Shown: piece by piece, positions 1 through 9,801 of the stretch
How the letters are laid out: each line of letters opens with the position of its first letter
How positions within the stretch are numbered: position 1 is the first letter of the stretch
NCBI GenBank assembly: GCA_964533795.1
Contig: CAZHMI010000001.1
Coordinates: forward strand, 51,869-115,868
Length of the DNA stretch: 64,000 nt
Source of the DNA: an uncultured Candidatus Bathyarchaeia archaeon
GTDB taxonomy: Archaea > Thermoproteota > Bathyarchaeia > 40CM-2-53-6 > CAYOZM01
Direction of reading: 5' to 3'
Program-made: the position numbers and the translations under genes
The notes under the pieces: generated by a model
Databases searched by the model: none
What the model was told of the DNA's origin: nothing
Seen by the model: the letters and a program-made list of their open reading frames with translations, nothing else

Positions 1-76
1 GCCTCCCTATTATTGCTTTCCGCGTGCAAAGTCTTAATCCCCGACCCCAGCCTAACAGTACTGAACGCGATATCCT

Positions 77-1391
77 ATGAGGAAGAGAGAGAAGGATAGA
101 ACGGATCTTTCGATTGACGACTTCTATAGCATAAAATCGTGGTATAACATCCTTCCAGACTTACCTGAACCACTTCCTCCACCAAAAGAACCTGGTGATG
201 GAATATCGAGAATAAAATTCATGCAAAGTCATGGCGAGAACATGCTTTATTCAAGAATCTTCATCGAAGAGTAGGATCCCCATCCCAAACGAGGTTCTGA
301 AGCTCTATGTGCAAGCTGGTAGACCGCGTCCACTTTATAGAGCTAGACGACTTGAAGAATACTTGAAACTCAAGAGTGTCAAATTGTTCTACAAGAGGGA
401 AGATCTTTCACCAACAGGAAGTCATAAGGTCAACACCGCTATCGCGCAAGCCTTCTTCGCATGGAAAGAAGGAAAAGCGAAACTAATCACAGAGACTGGA
501 GCTGGACAATGGGGAACCGCTCTCTCGTACGCAGCTAAACTACTGGGTCTAGAATGCGTTGTCTTCTGGGTTAGAGCTGTCCACAAATGGAAAACCGATC
601 GAAGCACTCTAATGAAGTTGTATGGGACTGCCGTGTATCCCTCCCCAAGCGATCAAACCGAAACTGGAAGGAAACTGCTTAAAGAAAGCCCAGATCACCC
701 CGGCTCCTTGGGAATCGCGGTCTCAGAAGGACTAGAATATGCCGAGAAGCGAGAAGAAAGCGTATACTGTTTAGGTTCAGTCCTGAACCATGTGCTCATG
801 CACCAGACAATCATCGGCCTTGAAGCAATTAAACAGTTCGAATCAATAGATGAATCCCCTGATCTAATGATAGGATGTCTAGGCGGGGGCAGTAACTTCG
901 GCGGATTCATCTTACCTTTCGCAGGTGAAGTACTGCGAAAGAAGAGAACGTGCGAGTTCCTCGCAGCCCAATCGATGGCTGCACCAAATCTAGTTAAAGG
1001 TCAATACAGGTACGATTTCGCGGATGTAAGCGAACACACCCCTTTATTAAAGATGTGTACTTTGGGCCACGACGTTGAGATGCCCCCGATAAAGGCTGAT
1101 GGTCTGAGGTACCATGCCGCCGCTCCTATCATAAGCCTTCTACGCCACCATGGCGTAGTCAAAGTGAAAGCCTACCCGACAGATGAGAAAGCGATCTTCG
1201 AAGCGGCTAGAATCTTTCTTGGAACAGAGGGATGGCTTGCTGCACCCGAATCAAGCTATGCGATTAGAGCGGCAATAGATGCTGCGCGAGAATTCGAAAA
1301 GAGAAAAGAGAACAAAGTTATAGCATTTAATATTTCAGGCCATGGATTCCTAGATTTGCCAGCTTACAATGAGAAACTTTTCCCGAACTAG
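77..1391 (+). pseudogene. trpB2: TrpB2-type tryptophan synthase beta-chain paralog, reading frame interrupted by a frameshift near 225-275
   Basis: The ORF at 77..274 encodes an N-terminus ([14 protein letters not shown]) that aligns with the N-terminus of the intact TrpB2 at 26673..28067 ([14 protein letters not shown]). The alignment then continues in a different frame in ORF 231..1391, which carries the PLP-lysine motif GSHKVNTA and a GAGQWG glycine-rich loop. This is either a true frameshift or a single-base sequencing error. Confidence 0.55.
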
Positions 1392-2725
1392 CTCTTTGCA
1401 ACCTCTTTTATCGCGCCTTGAATTATCTCAAGAGCAGAGTCCAAAAGATCTCGCTTTATGGTCAATGGCGGAACTATTCTTATCGTAGAGACTCCACATG
1501 TGATTAAGGCTACTCCTCTCCTCCAACACTTCTTCATAATCTCATTGGCCTCTTCCTTCCCTGGAGCCTTGTTCTTAGGGTCTTTTACAATCTCAACCCC
1601 AATCATTAGTCCTTTACCTCGAACGTCGCCTATGATGCTATATTTCTCCTGCAACTCTCTAAGCCGCTTCATCACATATGTTCCTTGCTTCGTAGCGTTC
1701 TCAAGAAGATGCTCATCTCTGATAATGTTGATTACTTCCAGTGCAGCAGCGCAAGCTACAGGGTTTCCGCCAAAGGTATTCGCATGTGAACCTCCTTCCC
1801 AATCCATTAATTCAGTCTTAGCAACTGTGGCGCTGAGAGGAATTCCGGCGGCTATCGATTTCGCGATACAAACGATGTCAGGTTCTACCCCCCAATGTTC
1901 GATTGCAAACCATTTTCCTGTTCTCGCAAGTCCTGACTGAATTTCATCATCAACAAGGAGAATTCCGTACTTGTCTGCGAGTTTTTTCAATCGTTTGAAG
2001 TATTCAGGTGGAGGAAGAACGTAGCCCCCCTCTCCTTGAATTGACTCGAAGAAGATAGCAGCCGTATCTTCAGGTGGGACATATCTCTGAAGAACGTATT
2101 CGTCAATGAAGTCTACGCACCAATAGTTACACTCTGGATACGTCAGTTTGAATGGACATCGATAGCAATTTGGATAAGGCACATGCGTAGCCCCTGGCAT
2201 CAGCGGGAAGAAGTGCCTTCTATGGACAGGTTTACTAGCAGTTAGGCTAAGTGCACCAATCGTTCTTCCGTGAAAGGCGTTTACATATGCAAGGAACAAT
2301 TGTTTGCGCGTGTGCCACTTGGCAAGTTTTATTCCTGCCTCAATAGCCTCTGCTCCGCTATTGCCGTAGAAGACCTTCTTTTCGAATGATCCGGGTGTTA
2401 TCTTACATATCTGTTCCCCTAAATCCACGATGTTCTGATAGTAGAAGTCTGTGTACGAGTAATGGGTGAATTTCTCAGCTTGTTTCTTTACAGCTTCAAC
2501 AACTCTCGGATGACAGTGTCCAACGTTAAGGCAAACGAGCCCTGAGTTGAAATCGATATACTCGTTGCCGTCGAGATCGCGAATTATACAATCTCTCCCA
2601 GACTCTATAGCCAGTGGATAGAATCTAACCAATGACTGAGAAAGAAATTTTTCATCTTTCTCAAGCAGGGCTCTTGTCTTGGGTCCAGGTGGAGTAACGA
2701 CTATCTTCGGATACTCGTAAGTCAT
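1388..2725 (-). CDS. Class III PLP aminotransferase (4-aminobutyrate or acetylornithine aminotransferase-like)
   Basis: Shows the YGNSGAEAIE..K motif region and a HANTFGGNP block, with a length of 445 aa typical of the class. Its 3' end overlaps the convergent TrpB2 pseudogene by 4 bp. Confidence 0.85.
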   Translation of the reverse strand: MTYEYPKIVVTPPGPKTRALLEKDEKFLSQSLVRFYPLAIESGRDCIIRDLDGNEYIDFNSGLVCLNVGHCHPRVVEAVKKQAEKFTHYSYTDFYYQNIVDLGEQICKITPGSFEKKVFYGNSGAEAIEAGIKLAKWHTRKQLFLAYVNAFHGRTIGALSLTASKPVHRRHFFPLMPGATHVPYPNCYRCPFKLTYPECNYWCVDFIDEYVLQRYVPPEDTAAIFFESIQGEGGYVLPPPEYFKRLKKLADKYGILLVDDEIQSGLARTGKWFAIEHWGVEPDIVCIAKSIAAGIPLSATVAKTELMDWEGGSHANTFGGNPVACAAALEVINIIRDEHLLENATKQGTYVMKRLRELQEKYSIIGDVRGKGLMIGVEIVKDPKNKAPGKEEANEIMKKCWRRGVALITCGVSTIRIVPPLTIKRDLLDSALEIIQGAIKEVAKS

Positions 2726-2892
2726 GCTTGGTCCCCAAAATATAGATACTCGGCAACGAAAGTCGCACTCGAAGGCACACGTTATTCCGAGATTCGTTTC
2801 GTCCTGAGCCTGAAAAAGCTGAAATCAAAGGTGATGTACATTAGAATGTTGAGCATATCGAAGGCAACGAACTCGGGTTTAAAAGAATTTCG

Positions 2893-3345
2893 GTGAGTAA
2901 TATGGAACAAGTGGACGAGATAACGAATAGGATCTTGGCTATTCTCGAGAAGAATGCTCGAACATCGTACACTGAGATCGCGAGACAGCTCGGAGTATCT
3001 GAAACCACTATTCGGAACAGAATAAGAGGGCTAATGAAGGAGGGTGTACTCAAAGGGTTTACAACTCGAACATGCCCTGAGAAACTTGGAAAAGCCATAA
3101 CGGCCGTTGTCGGCGTCGATATCGGTGGCGAGACAACACCAGAGATCACCAATAAATTGGCTGACATAAAGGAGGTTTCAGATCTCTATGTCATTACTGG
3201 GGAATTCGATCTTCTATTGAGAGTCGTGTGTGAGAACATAAGTAGGTTGGATGAGATCTTAGAGGGAATTCGATCCTATGGTTTCGTTGAAGGAACAAGA
3301 ACGTTCGTAGTTCTCAGGAAAGTCAAAGAATCCGGATTATCCTAG
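2893..3345 (+). CDS. Lrp/AsnC family transcriptional regulator
   Basis: N-terminal HTH (ILAILEKNARTSYTEIARQLGVSETTIRNRI) followed by a C-terminal RAM domain, 150 aa. Confidence 0.85.
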   Translation: MSNMEQVDEITNRILAILEKNARTSYTEIARQLGVSETTIRNRIRGLMKEGVLKGFTTRTCPEKLGKAITAVVGVDIGGETTPEITNKLADIKEVSDLYVITGEFDLLLRVVCENISRLDEILEGIRSYGFVEGTRTFVVLRKVKESGLS

Positions 3346-3392
3346 ATTCGATTTGCGAACCGTTTATCTTTGAATACAGATAGACGCCGAGG

Positions 3393-3683
3393 CTATTTCT
3401 TGCCTAGAGTTATCTCGATAGTCGATATGCTTGCCATAGTCCCGTCTTGGCGTGTAATATCTTCAGACCCAACGTTAATCGACTTGATCACTAGATCTTT
3501 AACGAAAGCTCTCCGAAGCATCTCGACCGTATCGACTGCCTTACAGATCGCTTGACCTCTTGCCCTTACCATTATTTCTCCTCTACCAGAGTTGAACAGG
3601 GTCACGCATGCCACAACGTAGTTCATCACCGGCTTTTTCCCAATTCGAACAAGGTTTGTCTGGCTAGGAATCATCCATCGCAT
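3393..3683 (-). CDS. albA: Alba DNA/RNA-binding chromatin protein
   Basis: IGKKPVMNYV ... EIMVRARGQAICKAVDTVEMLRR; length and motifs are typical of Alba. The true start may be the second Met. Confidence 0.8.
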   Translation of the reverse strand: MRWMIPSQTNLVRIGKKPVMNYVVACVTLFNSGRGEIMVRARGQAICKAVDTVEMLRRAFVKDLVIKSINVGSEDITRQDGTMASISTIEITLGKK

Positions 3684-4018
3684 CGCTCCGATACAGCCTT
3701 GGATACTTCACCTAAGGAAACATGGTAGTAAGATTAAACTTGCTATTCTGCGGGGACAGCCTATTAGATAGCTTTCTAAACCCTCTACTTAAAAGTATGT
3801 AGTCCATATCACGGCGGCTATAAGGATCATGCCCATCCTCAGGCATAGCGTACTACGGTCCCCTAGGAATGTCTGCGTCGCCTCGCATCCCCTTATTCAT
3901 GTTTTTCCTTATGAACGGTAAAGGCAGAAGAAATTAGGTCAGAGTTTTGAGATCAATTGAGCTAATTGAGATCGCTTGTTCATCCCTTTTGTTAACTCGG
4001 ATGGCCAAAAATAATAGG

Positions 4019-4936
4019 CTAATCGGTGAGCGGGGGATAAACGCGTTGGCCGTTCAGCTTCGCATAATAGTCGAGTGTTGTATCCACAACCTTTTGGATC
4101 TGCGCTACATCGTTATCAGTTAGGTGTCTAAATCTTCCTTGCGGCTTGAGATACTCTTCCACCGGTTTCCTCTTAGTCTTGTCCAGTGCAATGCGGCTTG
4201 GTAGGCTTATTGAAAACACTCCATTTTCTATCTCGAAAAGGACCCACATTCCTGTCTGAACGGCAAGCATTCCCAACTCTATAGATAGATCCGCATCTGA
4301 CCGCCAACTTGGAGGGCAAGGTGTGAGAATATGAAGGTATCTAGTGCCCTTGATCTTCTTCGCTTTCTCAAGTTTCTCTGTGAAATCTGTTGGATATGAT
4401 GGAATCGCCGTTGCGATATAGGGGACCCTGTGAGCGGCCATTATAAAAGCCATGTCTTTCTTGTTCTCTCTCTTCCCAGTTGGTGTTGTCGTTGTCCATG
4501 CGCCTATCGGTGTGGCGCCGCTTCTTTGCATTCCAGTATTTCCGTAAGCTTCGTTATCATAACAGATGTAGATGAAATTTGTTCGTCTTTCAGCTGCTCC
4601 ACTCAATGCTTGAATCCCTATGTCAACCGTACCTCCGTCTCCAGCCCATCCTATCACTGTCACATCATTAATCCCTCGCACCCGGAGTCCTGCAACCACA
4701 CCCGATGCTGCGGCACCTGTCGCCGCAAATGCGATGTTCAAGACCGGAATGTTGAGCGAAGACGAGGGGAACTGCCCTTGGATTATGCTTGTGCAACAGG
4801 CAGGTACAACGAAGATCGTTTTTCTACCCATAACCTTCAAGGTTAGACGAACTGCTAGGTTTGCCGCGCATCCAGCGCATGACGCATTCCCGGGAAGTTC
4901 AAGTTCCTCTTTTGAAAGTTCCTTCAGCATTACCAT
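4019..4936 (-). CDS. porB: 2-oxoacid (pyruvate-type) ferredoxin oxidoreductase beta subunit, TPP-binding
   Basis: Cys-rich N-terminus (CAGCAANLAV), a GDG TPP-binding region, and position as the last gene of a GDAB operon. Confidence 0.8.
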   Translation of the reverse strand: MVMLKELSKEELELPGNASCAGCAANLAVRLTLKVMGRKTIFVVPACCTSIIQGQFPSSSLNIPVLNIAFAATGAAASGVVAGLRVRGINDVTVIGWAGDGGTVDIGIQALSGAAERRTNFIYICYDNEAYGNTGMQRSGATPIGAWTTTTPTGKRENKKDMAFIMAAHRVPYIATAIPSYPTDFTEKLEKAKKIKGTRYLHILTPCPPSWRSDADLSIELGMLAVQTGMWVLFEIENGVFSISLPSRIALDKTKRKPVEEYLKPQGRFRHLTDNDVAQIQKVVDTTLDYYAKLNGQRVYPPLTD

Positions 4937-4944
4937 TTATTCTG

Positions 4945-6132
4945 CTACCTCCTTATGTTCACCCAGTCTATCCCTTCGATGCCCACTCCACTCTCGAGGA
5001 TTCGAAATGTCTTCCTCGCGATCTCCTCGATATCATTTTGTGTTACGTCTCTTCCACCAAGTCCAGCTATGAAATTCTTCGTCAACGGCTTCTCTGGCAG
5101 ATCGGATAGCGCGCTCCTCACCTCTGTGAAAAGTATCCCTTCCATTCCGAAGCTTATGTCACGATCGATAATAGCGAGAGCTTTGGCTCTCATTCCAATT
5201 TCTCTTACGGCTTCTCGTGGAAATGGCCTGAAGACTCTTATTCTCGCTGAACCCACTCTATATCCTTCATCTCTAAGCTTCCTTACAGCTAACTTGGCTT
5301 CGCCGCCGATGGTCCCTATAGAAACTAAAATTACTTCCGCATCATCACACATGTATTCTTCAATTAGGCCGCCATAGTCTGGAAAACCCAATTTTTCTGA
5401 ATATTCTTTAGCAACCTTAGGTATGAGTTGCTTCGCGTTCTGCAAAGCCTCATGCATGAAGTATCTTAATTCCATATAGTATTCTGGTGAAAGCATGTTC
5501 CCATGCGTAACAGGGTTCTCAACATCGAGTACCCATCCGGGCCTAAACGGTTGAAGAAAATCATCTATCTCCTTCTGGTCTGGGATTTTTACCGGCATAC
5601 TTGTATGGGATAGAATGAAGCCTTCTAGGCAGATCATCGCTGGCATTAATACTCTTTGATCCTCACATACCCGATATGCTTGAATTATACTGTCAAATAT
5701 CTCTTGATTCGATGCGCAGTACACTTGAATCCAACCCGTGTCTCTCTGTGGTAACGAGTCCCCATGATCCGTCCATATGTTCCAAGGTGGACCCATAGCG
5801 CGATTGACCACAGCCATCACTATAGGCAGTCTAGCCGCGCTAGCCCAGTGTAACATTTCGTGCATGTAAGCTAGACCATGTGATGATGTCGCCGTAAAAG
5901 TTCGAGCTCCGACGGTCGAAGCGCCTATGCATGCGGACATTGCACTATGTTCAGACTCTACACAAATGTACTCAGCGTTCATCCTTCCCGAGTCTACGAG
6001 TTCAGCTATCTTCTCAACTATCTGAGTTTGCGGTGTAATCGGATAGGCTGCTACCACTTGAGCCCGAGCTGCAAGGGCAGCCAACCCTGCAACATGGTTT
6101 CCAGTCTCAACTATAGTCTTAAACATTCTCAT
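4945..6132 (-). CDS. porA: 2-oxoacid (pyruvate-type) ferredoxin oxidoreductase alpha subunit
   Basis: The N-terminus GNHVAGLAALAARAQVVAAYPITPQT is the typical PorA/VorA start. It overlaps porD by 4 bp. Confidence 0.85.
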   Translation of the reverse strand: MRMFKTIVETGNHVAGLAALAARAQVVAAYPITPQTQIVEKIAELVDSGRMNAEYICVESEHSAMSACIGASTVGARTFTATSSHGLAYMHEMLHWASAARLPIVMAVVNRAMGPPWNIWTDHGDSLPQRDTGWIQVYCASNQEIFDSIIQAYRVCEDQRVLMPAMICLEGFILSHTSMPVKIPDQKEIDDFLQPFRPGWVLDVENPVTHGNMLSPEYYMELRYFMHEALQNAKQLIPKVAKEYSEKLGFPDYGGLIEEYMCDDAEVILVSIGTIGGEAKLAVRKLRDEGYRVGSARIRVFRPFPREAVREIGMRAKALAIIDRDISFGMEGILFTEVRSALSDLPEKPLTKNFIAGLGGRDVTQNDIEEIARKTFRILESGVGIEGIDWVNIRR

Positions 6133-6419
6133 TCCTCACGGATCATTGAAATCGCTTTAACCTTGCATTCTTTTGCGCAGATTCCACAGCCCTTACAAAA
6201 GTCGTAGTTGATCCTTGGAGTATCGTTTTCCATGCGTTCGATAACAGCCTCAGTACAGAAAACCCAACACAGAAGACATTTCGTACACTTCTCTAAGTCG
6301 ATCACAGGTCTGAACGTCCTCCAAGTATCTGTCCTTCCCGCAGATCCCTTGGTAGGAATCGATATGCAAGTAAATGGCATGTCGAACTGCTTATTCGATC
6401 GTTTAGCATGTTCCAACAA
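6129..6419 (-). CDS. porD: 2-oxoacid ferredoxin oxidoreductase delta subunit (2x[4Fe-4S] ferredoxin)
   Basis: Two CxxCxxCxxxC-type motifs (CTKCLLCWVFC; CKGCGICAKEC) in 96 aa. Confidence 0.85.
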   Translation of the reverse strand: MLEHAKRSNKQFDMPFTCISIPTKGSAGRTDTWRTFRPVIDLEKCTKCLLCWVFCTEAVIERMENDTPRINYDFCKGCGICAKECKVKAISMIREE

Positions 6420-6486
6420 AACTGCGCCTCTTCAGGGCGCTTGATAACTACATTGAAGGAGATAAATACGTTGCTGGAAGCGAACC

Positions 6487-7077
6487 TTATCTGGTTAGGA
6501 TTGCCCTTTCGAACGCGAGTTCAGCTGCATGCGCATTCTTCTCACCGATCTTTCCCGGCCACGCCTCCCTGATGACGGAGGTGACTGATTCAAGCTTCAC
6601 TTCGTCAGTGGCTCTTGCGAAGGCACCTAGAATAGCAGTATTGACTACTGGAAGGCCTGCTACAAGAAGCCCCAACTCCAGCGCTATACTCGTTGCATCT
6701 ACCGTCGCCAACCTACAGTTCTTTCTAAGTTGGATTTCCGCCGGCTTTTTGCGAGTATTTATCAAAAGCAGTCCTCTTTCTTTCAGTCCCTCTGTCACGT
6801 CGATTATCCCAAGTAGACTTGAATCTAAGACGACCACGTAATCTGGGTAGTAGATTTGGCTCCGAATCAAGATCTCCTTATCGTCAATCCTCGCAAAAGC
6901 CTTTACAGGCGCTCCACGCCTCTCTGCCCCGAACAGCGCGAATGCTTGAACGTACCCCCCTTCGTTGAAAACCGCCTTCGCTAATAGCTCGGCGGCCGTA
7001 ACCGCGCCTTGGCCTCCCCGTCCGTGAAATCTGATCTCTTTCAGAGCCGTAAATCCCCTGAAAGTGAACGGCACCAC
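6487..7077 (-). CDS. porG: 2-oxoacid ferredoxin oxidoreductase gamma subunit
   Basis: [17 protein letters not shown] is the gamma-subunit signature. It is the first gene of the minus-strand GDAB operon. Confidence 0.85.
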   Translation of the reverse strand: MVPFTFRGFTALKEIRFHGRGGQGAVTAAELLAKAVFNEGGYVQAFALFGAERRGAPVKAFARIDDKEILIRSQIYYPDYVVVLDSSLLGIIDVTEGLKERGLLLINTRKKPAEIQLRKNCRLATVDATSIALELGLLVAGLPVVNTAILGAFARATDEVKLESVTSVIREAWPGKIGEKNAHAAELAFERAILTR

Positions 7078-7134
7078 TGATATACCTCCACGAATTTAAA
7101 AGAACGACGGTAAGGAGTAAACAGTGGAAAGGTC

Positions 7135-7692
7135 ATGCCTTCTAAGACCCGAATGCCAGACGTAAAGTGCCCTGTCTGCGGTGCCCAGAGTCTAACGGAA
7201 CAGAAGACGAAATATATTGTAGACTACTTTGGGCCTGTTCTACTTACCACAATCGTTTGCGCCAACTGCGGTTTCAAACATAGCGACGTCATCTCCCTCA
7301 ATGTACAAGAGCCGGCCTCCATAAGCGCGTCGATAGAAGACCGAGAAGATTTGAAGATGCCCGTAGTACGTTCCAGTAGCGCTACTATTCAAATCCCTGA
7401 ATTCGGTGTGCTCATCACCCCTGGACCGGTAGCTGAAGGATTCATTTCCAACATCGAAGGAGTTTTAGAGAGAGTTGAACAGGCTACGCGCATGCTACTT
7501 CGCGATCCAGAGAAAAGGGATCAAGCCGAAAAATTTTTGCGGAAGATAAAAAGAGCGAGAGATGGATACGCTAAATTCACGTTAATCATCGAGGATCCTC
7601 TTGGGAATAGTGCGATAATATCTAAGGATGAGAGAAAAGTCAAAAGAAGAAAGCTGACTAACAAAGAGATAGAGAAACTTAGGGCCAAGTGA
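7135..7692 (+). CDS. ZPR1-type zinc-finger protein
   Basis: CPVCG...(Y)FGPV...CANCGFKHSDV matches the ZPR1 zinc-finger pattern CPxCG...IPxF...CxxCGxK. Confidence 0.6.
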   Translation: MPSKTRMPDVKCPVCGAQSLTEQKTKYIVDYFGPVLLTTIVCANCGFKHSDVISLNVQEPASISASIEDREDLKMPVVRSSSATIQIPEFGVLITPGPVAEGFISNIEGVLERVEQATRMLLRDPEKRDQAEKFLRKIKRARDGYAKFTLIIEDPLGNSAIISKDERKVKRRKLTNKEIEKLRAK

Positions 7693-7789
7693 CAAACCTC
7701 ATTGCCTAATCACCGATAGACATGTTGCGATCGCGATAATTCCAAAAGGCTTTTCTCATGCATCCTCTTATCAATGATGAAGACTCTAT

Positions 7790-8080
7790 ATGTCCCAACC
7801 TCGTGACTTAAGTTCCAAGATGGTCGACATCTTCCATCTGGCTGAGCGGTATCTCGATAGGAAGGTTATAGTAACGATCGATAAAGATCATGGTTTCGAA
7901 GGGACACTATCAGCCGTCTCAAGGTCCCCTCCTGGGATCTGGCTTTCTGGCGCAGACGCTGTAATATTTCGAAGCACTTTAGCAAATCCTATTCCTCAAA
8001 TAGTCTCTCGTCATAAGAAGAGTGAGATTTTCATTAATCTGAACTCTGTTCAGCGGATGGAGATTCTCCCATCCGAATGA
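7790..8080 (+). CDS. Small protein, possibly Sm-like fold (tentative)
   Basis: KVIVTIDKDHGFEGTLSAV...WLSGADAVI loosely resembles the Sm1 motif and EIFINLNSV loosely resembles the Sm2 motif. The resemblance is weak. Confidence 0.3.
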   Translation: MSQPRDLSSKMVDIFHLAERYLDRKVIVTIDKDHGFEGTLSAVSRSPPGIWLSGADAVIFRSTLANPIPQIVSRHKKSEIFINLNSVQRMEILPSE

Positions 8081-8242
8081 AGCTGCCCTTGACTTGCTTC
8101 TGACTAAGCATGATGATGAATGAGCACTCAGCTTTAAGAGCCCCTATCAAAAACCTTTAGAAGAGTTGCTATGCCTTTTCGTAGAAAATAGTGATTAGCA
8201 ATAAGTAGGCATAGGCTGGATTCGGAGCTGAACTATTCAACA

Positions 8243-9268
8243 ATGAATCGTGAAGCCAAGGATGAGCAAATCGGATGGCTTGGCGGCGTAACGTTTAGAA
8301 CGAAAGAGGCTAAACTCGTATTCGATCCTGTTCCGGGCTGTCTAGTGGAACAGGATGCTCACGTCTTCATATCTCACGCACATGCGGATCATACTTTTGG
8401 GTTCTCAACCGGTGCCGCAAAGTATTCAACTATAGAGACTAAGAAGATCTTCGAGGATGTGCGTAAAAAGACCGTTCGTAATTTTAAGGAGGTCAAGGTT
8501 AAGCACAGGGTCAAGATAGGTGATGTTGCAGTAACAGCCTTGAATGCTGGACACGTTCTTGGATCTGCTCAATTCAAAGTTGAGTTACCTCAGAAGACCG
8601 TTCTATATACGGGCGACATTAACTGCGTTGATACATTGACAACATTTTCAGCCGACGAAATACGGTGCGACCTCTTGGTAATCGAAGCAACTTACGGAAA
8701 TCCCTCCTACGTCTTTCCTCATAGAGAAAGGACGTATGCAAGGATTGTTGAGTGGGCGGCTCAACAAGCAAAAAATGGAAGGGTCCCAACTTTTCACGTC
8801 TACGCGGCCGGAAAGGCGCAAGAGATCGTGAAGCTCTTTAATGTATATACGAAGCTACGTGTGGTTACTCATCCAGTTATTGCCAAGGTGAATGAAACTT
8901 ATTCGAATGAAGGGATAAGGCTGCAGTATACTAGCGCTTTCAGTCACGAGGCTGCCAAGATGTTGGAAGACGGTGCTTGCGTCTGTGTAACTACGCCTTC
9001 CAAACAGTCGTTTTCAGCAGATAGATCAGTAAGGGCGGTAGCAACCGGCTGGGCCGTTAGAATGCCTCCAGAATGCTTCTCAGCCTTCCCCTTGAGCAGT
9101 CACGCCGACTTCAATCAACTTACGCAATTTGTTAAGGCGACGAAAGCGAAGACTGTTTACACATTCACCGGATACACGAATATGTTCGCAACATACCTGC
9201 AGAGGAAACTTGGAGTGAATGCACGTCCAATTCCAGCATTCGTGCAAAGAAGGCTATTCGAATTCTAA
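8243..9268 (+). CDS. Metallo-beta-lactamase fold / beta-CASP family nuclease
   Basis: HAHADHTFG (HxHxDH) motif near the N-terminus and a SSHAD motif-B-like histidine near the C-terminus, in 341 aa. Confidence 0.7.
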   Translation: MNREAKDEQIGWLGGVTFRTKEAKLVFDPVPGCLVEQDAHVFISHAHADHTFGFSTGAAKYSTIETKKIFEDVRKKTVRNFKEVKVKHRVKIGDVAVTALNAGHVLGSAQFKVELPQKTVLYTGDINCVDTLTTFSADEIRCDLLVIEATYGNPSYVFPHRERTYARIVEWAAQQAKNGRVPTFHVYAAGKAQEIVKLFNVYTKLRVVTHPVIAKVNETYSNEGIRLQYTSAFSHEAAKMLEDGACVCVTTPSKQSFSADRSVRAVATGWAVRMPPECFSAFPLSSHADFNQLTQFVKATKAKTVYTFTGYTNMFATYLQRKLGVNARPIPAFVQRRLFEF

Positions 9269-9801
9269 CATTTCTCTCTAGAAGACTTTAACACCTAGAC
9301 AAATTGAATAAGATCCTTAAATCATAGCCGGATTTACGGCTCCTTAAGGAAACCACCACAAGTGGTGAAAAAGGTGGTCAATTATCGATGAATGTCAACG
9401 CCATATAAGACGCTTGTGAAGCTTAATGACTATATTTTGCCTTCTTACACCACACTCTTTTCATCAAAATATGTCTACATGGACGCCGGGTTGCTAATCA
9501 GCAAAAAAAGGTTACAACGAAATAAACCCACGACAAACCGAATGACTCACAGCATATTCTCAGGACATGCTAGGCTAAGACACCAGTCCTTCTCCCATAT
9601 CGCCCTCTTTATGAAAGACTCTGCATACGAAAGCTTTAGCCTAAATCGCCGTTTGAAGGCTCCATACTACCTTGGAAAGTATGGATTGAGTCATGGTTAG
9701 AATGATCTTTCCTTGCTTTTGCAACGAAACACATAAGTGCCTTCTATGCCTTACCTTAGTTTCAAAATGCGGTTCGAACTGATTTTCAAGGATGATGTGG
9801 A

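Noticed and set aside
1388-1391. 4-bp overlap of convergent TrpB2-pseudogene and aminotransferase stop codons
   Set aside because: This is ordinary compact gene packing with no regulatory implication I can support.
3684-4018. Short direct repeats (CAATTGAG / TAATTGAGATC) between the porB 3' end and the Alba promoter
   Set aside because: The copy number is too low and the repeats are too short to call a repeat element or CRISPR. They are probably promoter/terminator sequence.
9392-9700. 102-aa ORF in the intergenic region upstream of the vWA gene
   Set aside because: There is no coding-like composition or motif. It is more likely a promoter/terminator region; a near-palindrome CACCACAAGTGGTG lies just upstream at ~9351 and could be the terminator of the beta-CASP gene.
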